In this document: in pieces, positions 1 through 13,150 of the stretch | Layout: each line of letters opens with the position of its first letter | Position numbering within the stretch: position 1 is the stretch's first letter | Assembly: GCA_026770705.1 (NCBI GenBank) | Contig: JANJGN010000038.1 | Coordinates: 11,036,001-11,100,000, forward strand | DNA from: Isurus oxyrinchus | Taxonomy: Eukaryota | Length of the DNA: 64,000 nucleotides | Reading direction: 5' to 3' | Made by a program: the position numbers and the translations under genes | Notes under the pieces: generated by a model | What the model was told of the DNA's origin: nothing | Seen by the model: only the letters and a program-made list of their open reading frames with translations | Databases searched by the model: none

Positions 1-2050
1 ATCCAACCCTTCCTTTTCTGAAGAACGTTCCCATGCACGCAATGAACATGCAACGCCAGCCCCTGTCTCCTTGCCCTTCTCTCTTTCCTATGTCCCAAAC
101 AATGCTTCCAAATGGAAAATCGATTTGTTTGAACTTCTGTCCATTGAGTATACCCTGTTCACTGCTCAATATGCAGCCTGCTCTACATTCTGGAGGTTAA
201 GTGTAGATTGGTGATAATTTCTCAGATACATCCATTCAGTCCACAAGTGTGATCTTCTGGTCACTTGTCACCCTAATTATCTGTTCTGCTCTCACTTTAA
301 CATGGAGCATATGCTCAAGGAGTAAAATCTCATATTTCCTTAAGGCACTTTCTAGGCTTTTGTATTTTCCATAAATTTCAACAATCGTGATCACAACTAC
401 TGCATTTTTCTTCCTTCTTTGCTCTTTGTTGTTCCGTTGGGAAAACATTTGTTGATTTCGATTCTGTTATAGACAGTTTGCCGTCTTTTAGACATTCTGA
501 TTCTGCTTTTCCTTGTTCCACTTTGACCTCCAATATCACTGCTTTTGTCATTTGAATTCTGCTGTTTTCCCCTTTGCCAGAAGCATCTCCTTTTGATCTT
601 GCTTCCCCACATTCGTTTTTTGCCTCTATACTTGCATGAAAACTGTTCCGTCTGTTACTTTTGCCTGCTCTGATAAAAGGTCACATGCTGCCGGATATCT
701 TGAGTATTTCCATCGTTTCCTGTTTAATTCCATTTAGGGTATTTACATTCAGTGTAGAAATGTGCAGCTCGGCACGATTATATTCACAGTGCGCACGCCT
801 AGTTTGGCATGGTTACTTCCATTTGGACTAGTTCAATTCAGTTAGTGTAGCCATGTCAATCCCGGCAATAACGAATGTGCACTGGTGTGTGAATTTACTT
901 TTTGTGTGGCAACATCCAGTTCAGGACGTGTGTGCTTCGTGCTTTCAGGCTAAGCTCAGTGCACTCACATTCAGAGAAGATAACCTCCTGTTGAGCCCGA
1001 TTAAATTAATGGTGGAGCACTCCAGATCGACATGGTTATATGCCATGTAAAGAGTCTCGTCCAGCCCGCTTGCAATCACTGTTTAGTGGAAAACCAGTTT
1101 AGGGGTAAATCACGCTATTGTGACTGTCCAGTTCAGTAAATTGCATTAACTGAATTCAGGTTAATTTGCGCACAGCTGCACTCAGTACGAACAGGCCAAT
1201 TTCTATCTTGTTACACTGAATGTACATAGATGACTATTAGCCCTGTTATTGTCAAGTTTGTCCGGTGGAACACAAAAATGTACCATGTGCACAGCCCCGG
1301 CTGTGAACAGTTTCTTTCTTGCTGTGGAAAATTTCACTTCAGCATGATTACTTTCCATGTAGAATACTCAATTTCATTACTGCTGTATTCGATAGAGACA
1401 GGACCGGCTGGGCATGGTTATGTTTTGTGTAGACGTATTGAAGTCTGCTCGGTGCTAATGAATGTGTACATGGACATTTGCATTCAGAATGGATTGGTTT
1501 AGCTCTGCATTCTTACTTTTAATATGAGCTTCTGTGGTGGACAGTCCCAACTGGTCACTGTTACTGTCAGCGTGAACATTTTAACTTCCTAGTGGCTATG
1601 CTTCGTGTGCAGATGGCTTGATCAATGAGCTTACATTCAATTTGCACAATTACAGTTCTGCAGCATGCTTTTCAGTGCAGACTGATCTGGGCCGGAGAGA
1701 TTTTATTTATTGTGATTTTCCATGACAAAATCCAGGTCTATTTTTAATGCTAAAGGAAGGCTCTTAGGCAAAGTACCAGGGGATGAGGAGGTTCCGGAGA
1801 CTTTGGAATTGTCTTCTCCAGAAAACAAGACACGGCAGAGGCACTAAATATATTTAAGGCATAGTTATACAAATTATTGATCGACAAGAGATCCAATGGT
1901 TACTCAGTCTGTCAGGAAAATGGAGTTAAGGCCAGGATCACATCAGTCATGAACTTACTGTATGTTGGAGCTGGATTGTTGGGCCAAAACGCTTACAGCG
2001 ACTCTCATCTCTTTTGATCTCAATGACTTCAAATAAATATCCAGCCATTG

Positions 2051-2951
2051 TCACTGTTTATGCCATTTGGCAATAGATTGAAAGAGTATTTAAACGCCCT
2101 TTTCAGCTCCGCTTTGTATTTAGTCTGGGTCCCTGCATATATAAATGTATTCTTACAGGGTCTAAGGAGTTAAAAACACTGTCGGATTTGCTGCAGAATA
2201 AATTTTGTGTCAATGGAAATGGAACTGATAGATCAGCTATTTCCCATACTTTGTGCAAACAGGAAACGTACAATATGCGTCAAGGCCAGCTGGAGGAAAC
2301 TGCCTGAAATGGAGAAGAGTACAAAAATAGACTTGCTGTGGCTCTTCATCTCTGAGTCACTCTGATTCTCTCCATTCCTGTGGGATCAGAGTCTGCTGCA
2401 GGATTTACTTACCAGTAGAATATTTCAGGATGTCTCAATATCGAGCAGCAAAGTCAGGAGAAAGGAGAGACAAGGGGTTAGAATACAGTCCAGCCAGTCA
2501 AACATTCTCCATGGAAATAAAATATAAAATGCATCATCTATGATAGAGTTACGTTGTTAACGATATAAATAAGTTCATACATGAAATAAAAAGGGGTGTT
2601 TATCAAAGAGGACTGCACACAGATCATTCTTAAATTTCCAGCTGCTGTTTTCTAACTGCAGTATTTCATTTTCAGCTCCTGGTGACAAATGGCTAGGGAA
2701 CAGTAAAAGGTGAACTTGAGGGTTGACCAGAGAGTACAACCTTTCGAACCAGAGTTTAAAGCAACAAGGACGACATAGAGGAATGGTGGACAGAAAACTG
2801 ACTGGAAAATAAACAGCCGGAAATGGGCTTAATGTCACGGTAATGCTAATGACAAGGAAATCTGTCACCACCATGGATACCAGATACTGCGTGATACATC
2901 AGGAGAAACCACAAATTGCTCGGGAGAAGATCACAATCATTAGAAAGTTAG
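2051..2951 (-). pseudogene. GPR139/142-like class A GPCR, main exon (exon 2), pseudogene (copy A)
   Basis: The minus strand after acceptor cttacag| reads (A)NFLMIVIFSRAICGFS*CITQYLVSMVVTDFLVISITVTLSPFPAVYFPVSFLSTIPLC, with an in-frame TGA at 2899-2901. Frameshifted segments follow: LAICHQELKMKYCS, DSEMKSHSKSIFVLFSISGSF and NTFIYAGTQTKYKAELKRAFKY. These are colinear with the intact copy at 56020-56927. Confidence 0.85.
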
Positions 2952-5900
2952 CTGTAAGGCAGAGAGCGAGAGAGAGAAAGAGGAGAGAGAGAGGAACAGA
3001 ATTAGTGCTGAAACTCTCAGCTACACCTGCAGTTTGGTGGGAGAGGGTATGGAATTTATATCATGAATACTTGATTCAACGCTGGAACTGATTAATTTAG
3101 TAACGTAGTGTGTTTTTTTTTATTAACATTGTCCCAAATACATTGGAAATTGGAACATGAAATAACACAAAACACTTATTTTCTGATTTCTGTAAAGTTT
3201 ATGCAATCTAGAAGTAGCAGGAATTGAACAGGATTAACGTATTAAATAGACAAAAGGACAGCCTGAAGATGGCATAACGTACAGATAATAAATCAATACA
3301 TTTAGTCGTTTAAATTCCGGTAAATAATAACGTTATGAAATGTTAAACCGCTATAATACTTAGAGCAATCGAATGACAGGAAATAAGATATGGGTAATAA
3401 CTTATTCCTAAGAAATAAATGAGGGAACCACGGGACGATGGAAAATAAAGTTGAACGAACGCCATTGATTCAATTCGGGTTTAGTTCCTGTGGAAACAGG
3501 TCAAACAGCATCAGCGGGTTTTTTTGCAGCTCAATGATTGCTGTAGTGGGAGATTAAGTCTCGTATTTTAGTGAAGATTTGTAATTGAAGAAGCAGAAAG
3601 TCCTCCGTTTAGAGTCTCATCAAACGAGCGACAGAGCAGGTAGTGCTGTCCTTCCTCAGGAGTATGCAGCTAGGTTAGGGACTCGAGATCGGGAGTAGGG
3701 CTCAAACCCAGGGCTTGAACACTGATATTTCAAAATGTAGATTCCCGAAATAAAGTGGCTGTGAGCATAATACATACTGGTTCCGATGAGTATCACACAG
3801 CCTTGACAACAAAATGCATCTTAGGAGAATTGAATGGGGCAGTTAACATTAGCAACAGAGTTAAAAAAAAGTCTTCGTAACTGTTCATCGATTGCAACTA
3901 TGTTATAAATTTACGAATAAACATGTGGAGGGTAAACAAAAATATGGAAAAATACATACCACTATCATTTATAGTTTCGCGCCAATTAGAACATATGCTG
4001 ATCTGTAATGGTTAAGCTCAAAGCACCACAAAAAAAAAACTCCCTCCCACAAATTATATTCCTTCTTCCACAGTTTGCTCATTCAGTTATGCAACAACAA
4101 CCCTTCGCAATGTCCTCTTCTTATCTAAAATATTTACTGTGCCACATGGCTTATTTTCGGCAGCAATTTGGATACGAAACTTACTATTGCTTCATTTCGA
4201 ACCTTTAAATGCGGTGAAAAGCTGAGACCCAAATACAAATCTTGCGAATCAGCTGTCACACCCTGTCAATTGAAATGAATTCACTTTATCCATCAACAAA
4301 TTAAATGAGCTTTGTACACACCACAGCCATCGCTATTTAAATTTATGTCGATATCAATATAAATTAACATCTAGGCATGTAAAATAAACGACCTGTTTGA
4401 CTAAGAAATTCAGGTGTTAATGACATTATTGAAGTAACAATTAAACTACATTTTGCAGCATTTGTATCATTGCCAAAAAGTCCTTGAATACAAGACACAG
4501 AAATCGCGGGAACACATAAAGCAACCTTGAATTCTTTGCTGTTGGAGGACAGCCAAACATCCGGAGAAGCTAAACAGTAGACATTTGACCCTCAAGGCTT
4601 CACAGTTAAAAAAAAGATGGAAAAGATTTAATTCCGGAAAAATTACGTAGAATACAATGAATTCAGATTCAGAATGTTTCTGTTTCGTATTTTGAGTGAT
4701 TCAGAAAACTGACTGTAAAATAAACAGCCGTAAACCGGCTTAATACCATTGTAATGAAAATACAAAGGAAATCTATCACCGCCATGGACACTGCGTATCT
4801 AGAAAGACCACATCTTCCTCGGCAACGTTTCACGATAGTCAGAAAGTTAGCTCTAAGCTAGAGAGAGAGAGAAAGAGAGAGGAGAGAGTAGGGAAGAATT
4901 AGTGCTGAATTTCCCAGCTCCAACATCCGTTTTGCGGAAGAATGGTATGGCATCTGGACCATCAATACTTTATTCAACGCTGGAACTGATTAGTTTACCA
5001 ATGTATAAATAAATGCTGGTCCGTTTTTTATTTATATTGTCCCAGATAAAGTGGAAGTCGGAATATAAAATGACACAAAGCACTTACTTTCCGATTCCTG
5101 TAAATTTTATGTAATCTAGAAGTAGAAGGAATTGATCTTCACTAACGTATTAAATTGACAAAAGGACAACCTGAAAATGGCATAAAATACATATAAAATC
5201 TCAATTCATTTATTCATTTAAAAATAAGTAAATAATAACTTTATGAAACTTTAAACCACTATAATAATGAAACCAATCTAATGACAGGAAATAAGGTATG
5301 GGTAATAACGAATTCCTAATAAGTATCAGAAGGAACCAAGGTACGATGAAAAAAAAAATGAGCGAACACCTTTGACTAAATTTGGGTTTTGCCCCTGTGG
5401 AAACAAGTCAAAGCGCATCAAGGTCTTTTTTTTCAGTTCAGTGACTGCTGTAGTGGGAGATGAGGTCTCGCAGCTGTAGTGAGGATTTTCAACTGATAAA
5501 GCAGAAAGACCTCGGTTTACAGCCTCGTCAGAAGGACGACAGAGTAGAAAGTGCTGGACTATCTCAGCGGCATGGAGCTGGGCTACAGACACGCGATCGG
5601 AAGTAGCGAACAAACCCAGGGCTTTCCGAACGAACACTGAAATTTCAAAATTTAGCTCAGTTAAATAAAATGGCTACGAGTATAATGAATTCCGGCTCCG
5701 AAGCGTATCACACAGGCTGGACAACGAAGTGCACTACTAAGGAGAATTGAATGCAGCTGTTAACCGCAGCAACGGAGTTAAAAATGATCATCACAGTTCA
5801 GCGACTGCAATGATTGATGTTAAATTTACGCATTGTTAGTCAAACACCAATAAACATGTGGCGGGTAAACAAAAACATGGAAAATACTTACCACTATCAT

Positions 5901-6587
5901 TTATAGTTTCACCCTAATTAGAAAATATGGTGACGTGCAATGGTTAAGCTTAAAGCGCCAGAGAAAAACAGCCTTCCCCAAATGGTATTCCTTCTCCTAC
6001 AGTTTGCTCATTCAGTTATCCAACGACAGCCCTTCGCAATGTTCTGTTCTTCTCTAAACTATTTAGTGTACCACATCGCTTATTTTCGGCAGCAATTTGG
6101 ATACGAAACTTACTGCTGCTTCATTTTGATCCTTCTAAATGCGATGAAAAACAGGCCCACATACAAATCCTGTGAATCAGCTGGCACCGCCTGTCAATTG
6201 CACTGTATTCACATTATCCATCAACAAATTAGATGAGCTTTGTACACACCGCAGGCATCGTGACTTAAATTTACATCGATATCAATGTAAATTAACATCT
6301 ATGCATGTAAAATAAATGACCCGTTTAATGAAAAAATTGAGGTGTAAATTACAATATTGAAGTACAAATTAAACTATATTATACATCATCTGTATCATTG
6401 TCAAAATTCCTGTCAACACAAGAAACAGCACGCCTTGGAACATATAAATCAATCTTGAATGTCGTGCCCTTGGAGCGCAGCCAAAAACCGGTAGAAGCTA
6501 ATAGTAAACATCTGACCCTCAAGGATTCACAGTTAAGCAAATGTTGATAAGAACGAATTTTGGGAAAAAAATATAGAATACAATGAA
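2791..6587. repeat. Diverged ~1.9-kb tandem duplication (copy 1 ~2791-4661, copy 2 ~4702-6587)
   Basis: Colinear matches run throughout: cagaaaactgactg at 2791/4702, (GA)n tracts at ~2961/~4860, atggttaagct at 4008/5940 (paralogous spurious ORFs MVKLKAP...) and tagaatacaatgaa at ~4648/~6574. Confidence 0.92.
4702..4850 (-). pseudogene. Truncated 5' fragment of the GPCR main exon (second duplication copy)
   Basis: The acceptor-like cttagag|ctaactttctg is followed by ANFLTIVKRCRGRCGLSR and, after a deletion, AVSMAVIDFLCIFITMVLSRFTAVYFTVSFL. The homology stops at the duplication breakpoint. Confidence 0.75.
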
Positions 6588-8439
6588 CAATGCCAGATAG
6601 TACAGTAAGCTACAGAGACAAGATGCATGTCCCTGTAAAAGCCATTACCCAGACACATAACTACAGAGACATAGCTCAGCCATCTTTAGGATACAAAGGA
6701 TTGAGTTATGAGAGAATTCCGTTGAAAAGGTAAGACAAATGTACAGTCTACGATTAAGAAATTATACTGGATTTTAAGAATAACTTCTTCAAATCAATAT
6801 TTGTTTGACTATCCAGATTGTTGAATAAAGTGGATTTATAATCTTATGCTTTCTTGCATAGGATTCCTAGGTTATATTTGGTGATATAGTATTGATATAC
6901 ATATGAGTTGTAGCCTCATACTGAAATCCTCACGAACCCACATATAAGTAACAATATCGTAGAAATCGTAAGTTTGCTTTCTAAGTGCGGATAGTGGTAA
7001 ACTGTTAAAGAGTTTTTTCTTACTGTAGTATACCTGTAGTAATATTCTACCCTGGCATAATTTTGCTGGTTCGACAACTCCGAGTAGCTGTCTGAGTTGT
7101 TTTGAATTCGTACAGAGCAGTTGTTGGGGGCGGGGAGTGGCGGTGGGGGAGTAAAGCAGTCGGATCAATGTTACATTTCGAAAAGGCCATAGGGAGTAAT
7201 AATTGATTAGGATCGATACATGGCTATAATGAGAGAGCAGGGTCATGGGAATATTTTTGAAAGAATACTGTGCTGCAATGCGAATGACGGGCAGTGCCAA
7301 TTATTTTGAGTTAAGTTCTCTAAATACAGCTGAAATTAAGAAGGCAAAGAAAAAGAAAAATGACACATCACGAATAATCACCATGAAAGTATATTCTTAT
7401 CAAGAAGGAAGAAAATGCGTTCTGTTTCATTAATGCATCTTAGTGGAAGGATTGTGCTTTAGGTCCCCTGCTTAGTGTACATGTGATTCCTGACACAAAG
7501 AGATGTACTTAAGTGTTAACTGTGGTCTGAAATGGTCGAACAAGCCACTATGAAACAAAAAAAAAAGTAACAGTGTGAGGAACACTCGTGATTTTCCTAG
7601 GTGCTGGAAGTTACAAAGGTAAAGCCAGCCCAATCGATCCTGCAAAGCCCTCCTCATTCACATATTGGGACATGACAGCTGATCCACAAACTAGCCAATG
7701 GAAAGTCTGACATTGTCGGACTCGCCGAATCAAACCATTGAGAAAATGTTCCAAACTCTTCCATCACCAGCTCTGATTATGTGTTGTCACAATGGCATAA
7801 TAACAAAATGTATAGTAAAATGTGGCACGCTATTTGGCCACAACAGGATGGAACATTTGTCCTCAAAATCCAAAAGGGCAAAATGACAATTAAGTTTAAA
7901 CTATGTTCAGATATCTCTTTGAGTTTTGCGAACAGCAATTAGATCTCCTGGCCTTGAAGGAAAAAGCTTTGTAATCCTGAATACAACAATATCATTGCAG
8001 TAAAAATACTACAATGTGCATTCGTTGGCTAGTAATTATAAAAACGTCTATCTTTCAAATTTGCGCCTACAGTTTTGGAGCCAATGTAGTTTTTAACCGC
8101 CAGGCATCAGAAAGGATAAGAAGCAAAGCACACAATTTCAGTTATTGACCTGTTACAGCCATCTTCTTAATTGGGATGATCCATATAGAAAAGTCGTTTT
8201 CAAAGTGGACATCATATCAGTAGTTGAATGTTGCAATTGTGATCCATCTTTGAAAGTAATAATACCAGGCATCCACTGTAGTTATACTACAGATAGAATC
8301 CCATGTGAAAGTGTTTTCATAATTATATGCCAATTTGAATTTTGTCTAGTTAGCAAATCTCATGTGAATTTTGATTGCTTCCTATACTAGGCTGTGCTAT
8401 TAAAAGCAGGGATTTGAATTGTTTATTTCTTCTTGATGC

Positions 8440-8800
8440 TTTCACATGTCCTGGATGTCACTAAGAAGGCCATCATTTGTTGCCCATCCCTAATGACCTT
8501 TGTCCTGAGTGGTTTACTTGGCCATTTCAGAGGGCAGTTAAGAGTCAACCACATTGTTGTGGGACTGGAGTCACAAGTAGACCAGGCTAGTTAAGTGAAC
8601 CAGATGGGTTTTTACAACAAACTGTGATAGTTCCATGGTCACTATTGCTGGGGCTAGTTTCATAATTTACGTTTCATTCAACGAGTTGAAACTCTATCTG
8701 CTGCCTTGGTTTGATTTGATCCTCTGTCTCTAAAGTATTAGCCTTGATACCTGGATTATTAGCTTTATGACAGTGCGATGGCGCCACCATCATCCCAATG
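8440..8800 (-). mobile_element. SINE (tRNA-like head, LINE-derived 3' tail), decayed; related copies at ~36080-36450 (-) and ~45075-45450 (+)
   Basis: The three copies share ggagtcaca/tgtgactcc and catttgttgcccatccctaat blocks. The tail resembles the 3' end of the LINE at 23240-24445. Confidence 0.6.
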
Positions 8801-9109
8801 ATATGGAGAGAAAAAACATGCAGAGAAACACAGAGAGTTTAAGAAATCACACATACAATTGCGCTGCTTTAGGTTACACTGGGGATACGTATCTCCCTTC
8901 AGTTTACGATTGTACTTCAACCAACATATTGGTTTAATTTGTCCAATCCAGATATTTGAAGAAAGTTTATTTCAGTTTTAAACTATTGTATCTCAATTAA
9001 CCAATTATAAGGAACAATAATTCATCGAAATAGATTAAATTATTTGAAAAGCAAGTATACAAAAATATATCTGCAGTCTCTTTGTCCGCAGTACTTTAGG
9101 CAAAGTCGC

Positions 9110-9640
9110 AAAATGGCCACAGTCTTCCCTTTCGGGCCTGAAAATACCTGGGTATATCTCAAGTTATCCTGGAAGACTCAAGTAGCCCAAAATTGGAACT
9201 CCAGGTTAACAAAAAAAATGTTGTCATGATGCAACAGCGACACGAGTGGTATTGTTCACGAATCAGTTGAAGAGAATAGAACAAACCAAGTTTCTACTCA
9301 TCAGGCAATTGAGTAACGCCGTGTATGAATTCCAGCACCAGGCAAGTGAGTCAGAGGTCCCAGCGATTGGTTGGTCGAATCAAACAAAATGTCCCTCCAC
9401 CCGGTTCAAAATATACAGAACAAAGATCCAACTGAAACAGCCCGCGCTTGTAAAACTCGAATCAAAACTCCAGCAATTAGAGACGATTCCACGATTGGTC
9501 AGCATTCATTGAGCAGTCTTGAGTGCGCTAATTGCGGCACAGTAGCAAGAACTTCAAGGTGATCTGTCAAGTTGGTCACGTGGCTCATTAAAACTTTTCA
9601 GGGGCAACATGCATTCATAAACAAGGACTGGATCTCTGCA
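9110..9640 (+). mobile_element. Penelope-like retroelement relic (RT C-terminus / GIY-YIG endonuclease region)
   Basis: Frameshifted peptides FGPENTWVYLKLSWK, RVVLFTN, QLSNAVYEFQ, SQRL, ARACKTR and DSTIGQHSL resemble the PLE C-terminal region. Confidence 0.7.
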
Positions 9641-9684
9641 AGCTAAATTAATTTTCCAAGGTCTTTCAAAATTTGTGTGCAGAA

Positions 9685-10060
9685 TTAGGCTTCGCTGGCC
9701 AGGTTAACATTTATTGCCAATCACTAATTGTCCTTCGGAAGTTGATGGTGAGCCGCGTTCTTGAACCGCTGCAGTCCATGTAGTGTACATACAGGTACAG
9801 TGCATTTAGGGAGGAAGTTCAAAGATTTAACCTCCATGACAGTGAAGGAACGATGATCTGATTCAAAGTCTGGATGGTGTGTGGCTTGGAAGAGAACTTG
9901 AAGCCGATGGTGTTCTTATTCATTTCCTGTGCTTGATCTTCCAGGCAGTAGAGATCGTAGGCTGGTAAGATGATGTCTAAGAAGCCTTGGTAAGATCCTG
10001 AAATGCATTATGTAGGTTGTTCACAACTGCTGCCTCTTTGCATCGGTGCTGCAGGGACTG
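9685..10060 (-). mobile_element. LINE 3' end, same family as 23240-24445, decayed
   Basis: Reverse-complement similarity to 24080-24440, e.g. ttgaaccgctgcagtcc, acagtgaaggaac and catttattgcc. Confidence 0.65.
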
Positions 10061-10089
10061 AATGTTTGTCGATGGGGTGGTAATAGACA

Positions 10090-11290
10090 AGTGATAATAA
10101 GAAATTGCAACATCAGTAAGCCATTCGGCCGTTCAACCCTCCCCCCCCCCCCCATTCAATAACACCATGGCTGATCTGCCCCAGGCCTCAACTCCTATGT
10201 ACTACCAGCTCTCCATGAAGATCAACTCACGATATTTCAATAATCTATCCATCTCTTTTTTAAATACCTTCAGAGATCAAGCCACCACAACTCTCTGGGG
10301 TAGAGAATTCCAGTCATTCAATACTCTCAGAGAGAAGATATTCCTTCGCAACTCAGTTTTGTATGAGTGGCCCCTTATTATGTAACTATGTCCCCTAGCT
10401 CGAGATTCCGCCACTAGATCGAACATTTTCTCAATATCCACCTGCCAACAACCCCTCCCCTCAGGATTCTGTTCATCTCAATAAGATAATTCCTCATTCC
10501 TCTAAACGCTAATAAATAAAGTCCTAGTCTGTTCAGCCATTCCTGATAAGTCAACTCCTTCATCCCAGGAATCAGCCTAACGAATCCGCTTTGAACTGCA
10601 TCTGATGCCAATATATCATTTCTTAAATACGGGGACCGAAACTGTACATAGCACTCCAGGTGTGGCCCCACCGAAGCCTGCACATTTGTAAAAAGACCTC
10701 CCTATTTTTAAAACAGTAACCCCCTAGCAACACAGGCCAAAATGCCATTTGCCTTCTTAATTACTTGTTACATTTGCATGTTGACGTTTTGTGTTTCGTA
10801 CACAAGAACAATCAGATCCTGCATGTTTTTGGGGTCTCTCTCCATTTTAATAATAGTCTGCCTTTTGATTCTTCCTACAAAAGTGAATGACCTCACACTT
10901 TCTTGCATTAATCTCCATCTGCCAAGTGTTTTTTTTTTTCCCACTCACGCAACCTATCTACAACCCCTTTTATATTCCTTATGTCCTTTCACAACATGGC
11001 TTCTCACCTATTGTTGTATCTTCAGCAAATTTGGATACATCACACTCTGTCCGCTCCTCCAAGTCATTGCAATAGATAATAAATAGTTGAGGCGCCAAGA
11101 CTGATACTTCTGGCACTCCATTTGTTGCGTCTTTCCAATGCGTCTGAAAAGGACCCATTAATCCAGACTCTCTGTCTCCTGTGTGTTATCTAATCCTCAA
11201 TCCATACTAATACATTTCTCCCAATACTGTGAGCTCTTATCTTGTGCAATAATCTTTTACGTGGCACCGTATCGAATGCGCCAGTCAAGC
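10090..11290 (-). mobile_element. CR1-type LINE, 3' RT region and tail
   Basis: Minus-strand peptide GPHLECYVQFRSPYLRNDILASDAVQSGFVRLIPGMKELTYQEWLNRLGLY is the CR1 ORF2 C-terminus. A SKFAED motif lies at ~11020. Confidence 0.88.
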
Positions 11291-12059
11291 GCATTGCTTT
11301 GTCCTGGATAGTGCTGAGGTTCTAGACGGTAGCTCTTCTTTTGAGTTGCCTAAAATCATGGGGAGCTAACGGCTCTCCATTGCATTCTCCATGGCTGCGC
11401 TCGGCCAATCAGCTTCGAGTTCCTTTGACCGTTTGCAATTCGGGATTCATGATGAGTGCAAGACAATAAGCTTCCATAACTTATCCCTCATTTTCAGCAA
11501 TACACGTAATTCTGTACTACCAAGTGACAACTTGTGACAGATGTTCCTCATCCCTGTCATCATTTCAAAAGCTATAAAATCCTTGCAAAATGTTCTTCCC
11601 AGAACTGGCCTCAAATGCTCCAGCTGAGCCAAACCGTTCTTGTGTTTTTATCATAGATTGCTACCTATATAATCAAGCTTCCTGTATGCCGATTTATAAA
11701 CATATGGAACATGTATTTAGCTCCTGCAATCCCGTTACAATCATATCCTTTATTCGAGTTTTCTTATCCTTATTCTTCATTCGAAGGTGATTCACTTGAC
11801 AGATAGCTACGTTAAAGTTAAGCTGCCAACTTGTATGCCCATGTTATAAATCTGTCCATGGCTTTTGGAAGTTCAGCACCCCCGTCACATTAGTTTGCAA
11901 TATTTCCAAGTTTTGTCACATCTGTAAGCTTTGAAATTATGTCACATACACTCAAGTCAAAGCAATTATATATATCCAGAAAAAGGGTGCTGACACCAAC
12001 TCCTGGCGAAATCTTCCTCCAATTTGAAACATTTTTTGACTCGTCAGGTCACTTTTTAA

Positions 12060-12565
12060 GAATACCAATGTAAGGGGAAAACAACAATTTATACTGCATG
12101 TGAAGAGAGTGCTGATTGCTTGGCAAGTGGACTCCGGCAGAGGAATTATCATGGAGAATGCACGAATTATGGCGACTGAAAGTTAACTCCTAAGCTTTGT
12201 TTGAAATTTTAACTAGGCAGCTTGGCCTTGATTAGTCAATGCATTGCCTTGAGGAATGAGTCAGCGAATGGCTGTCACTTATTGTGTTTAGCTGAACCAG
12301 GTACAATGTGTGTGCATGTCACTTTTGCTTACAAAGAACAGGGTCCTGTGTATTAAAATATGCAGCGTCCATTACATGCAAATGCACCACTCTGCAAGCC
12401 CAACTGATAATCTGAGTTGGTTGTCAGCGTTATTCCTAGTGCAATTAATTATATTTAGCAAATGTTCTCGAGTTCCGAATCGCATCCAATGTTGAACACT
12501 GTAATTTGAGCTTTACCAGCATGGTCTGTTTGGATATGTTCTGTACTTTGCCCATTTCGAGGTTC
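12060..12565 (-). mobile_element. Penelope-like element 3' fragment; a short + strand copy of the same end lies at ~33420-33570
   Basis: The reverse strand resembles 9430-9640 (EHLLN...NNADNQLRLS). The block gagagtgctgattg...ggcaagtgg is reverse-complementary to ccacttgccaaccaatca at ~33513. Confidence 0.6.
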
Positions 12566-12569
12566 AGCC

Positions 12570-13150
12570 AGCATCAACATTTGCATGATTTACGCCATTT
12601 AGAAACATTGTATTTCACTTTCTTACCGCTAAATTGCACGACTTCACATTTCTGCACTTTGTACTCCGATAGAAATTCCATCTGTTGCCCACTCCCTTAA
12701 CCTTTTGACATCAATTTTCAGCCTCCTTGCGTTCTCCTCACAGCTTACACCCGCACCTAGCCTTGAATCGTCAGCAACTCTGTTATTTTCCAGGTCTTTT
12801 CCTAAGTGATTAAAGCAAATTGTAGCAGAGGCCATCATTGAAAGTTGTGGCACTCCAATAGTGACAGACTGCCAGCCTGCCACCCTGAAAATGCCCGGTA
12901 AACCATATTATTTGCTTCCTCGACATTGACTGATCTTCTACCCATGCTAATGTATTCGCTTCAAACCCATGAGCCATCATCTTGTGAACTAACCTTTCTG
13001 TGGAATCTTGAGGGATTTAAGTTCGAAATCCAAGTGTATGGCATCAACTGGTGTCAAAATGTGTCAAAAACGATGTCACTATCATAACCCATGAAGATTT
13101 CCTCCAATCATAGCATAAATATCTTAATGAATTGTTCAGAATTCTAAACA
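12570..13150 (-). mobile_element. CR1-type LINE RT fragment
   Basis: Minus-strand peptide GWQSVTIGVPQ...VADDSRLGAGVSCEENARRL...LREWA. Confidence 0.75.
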
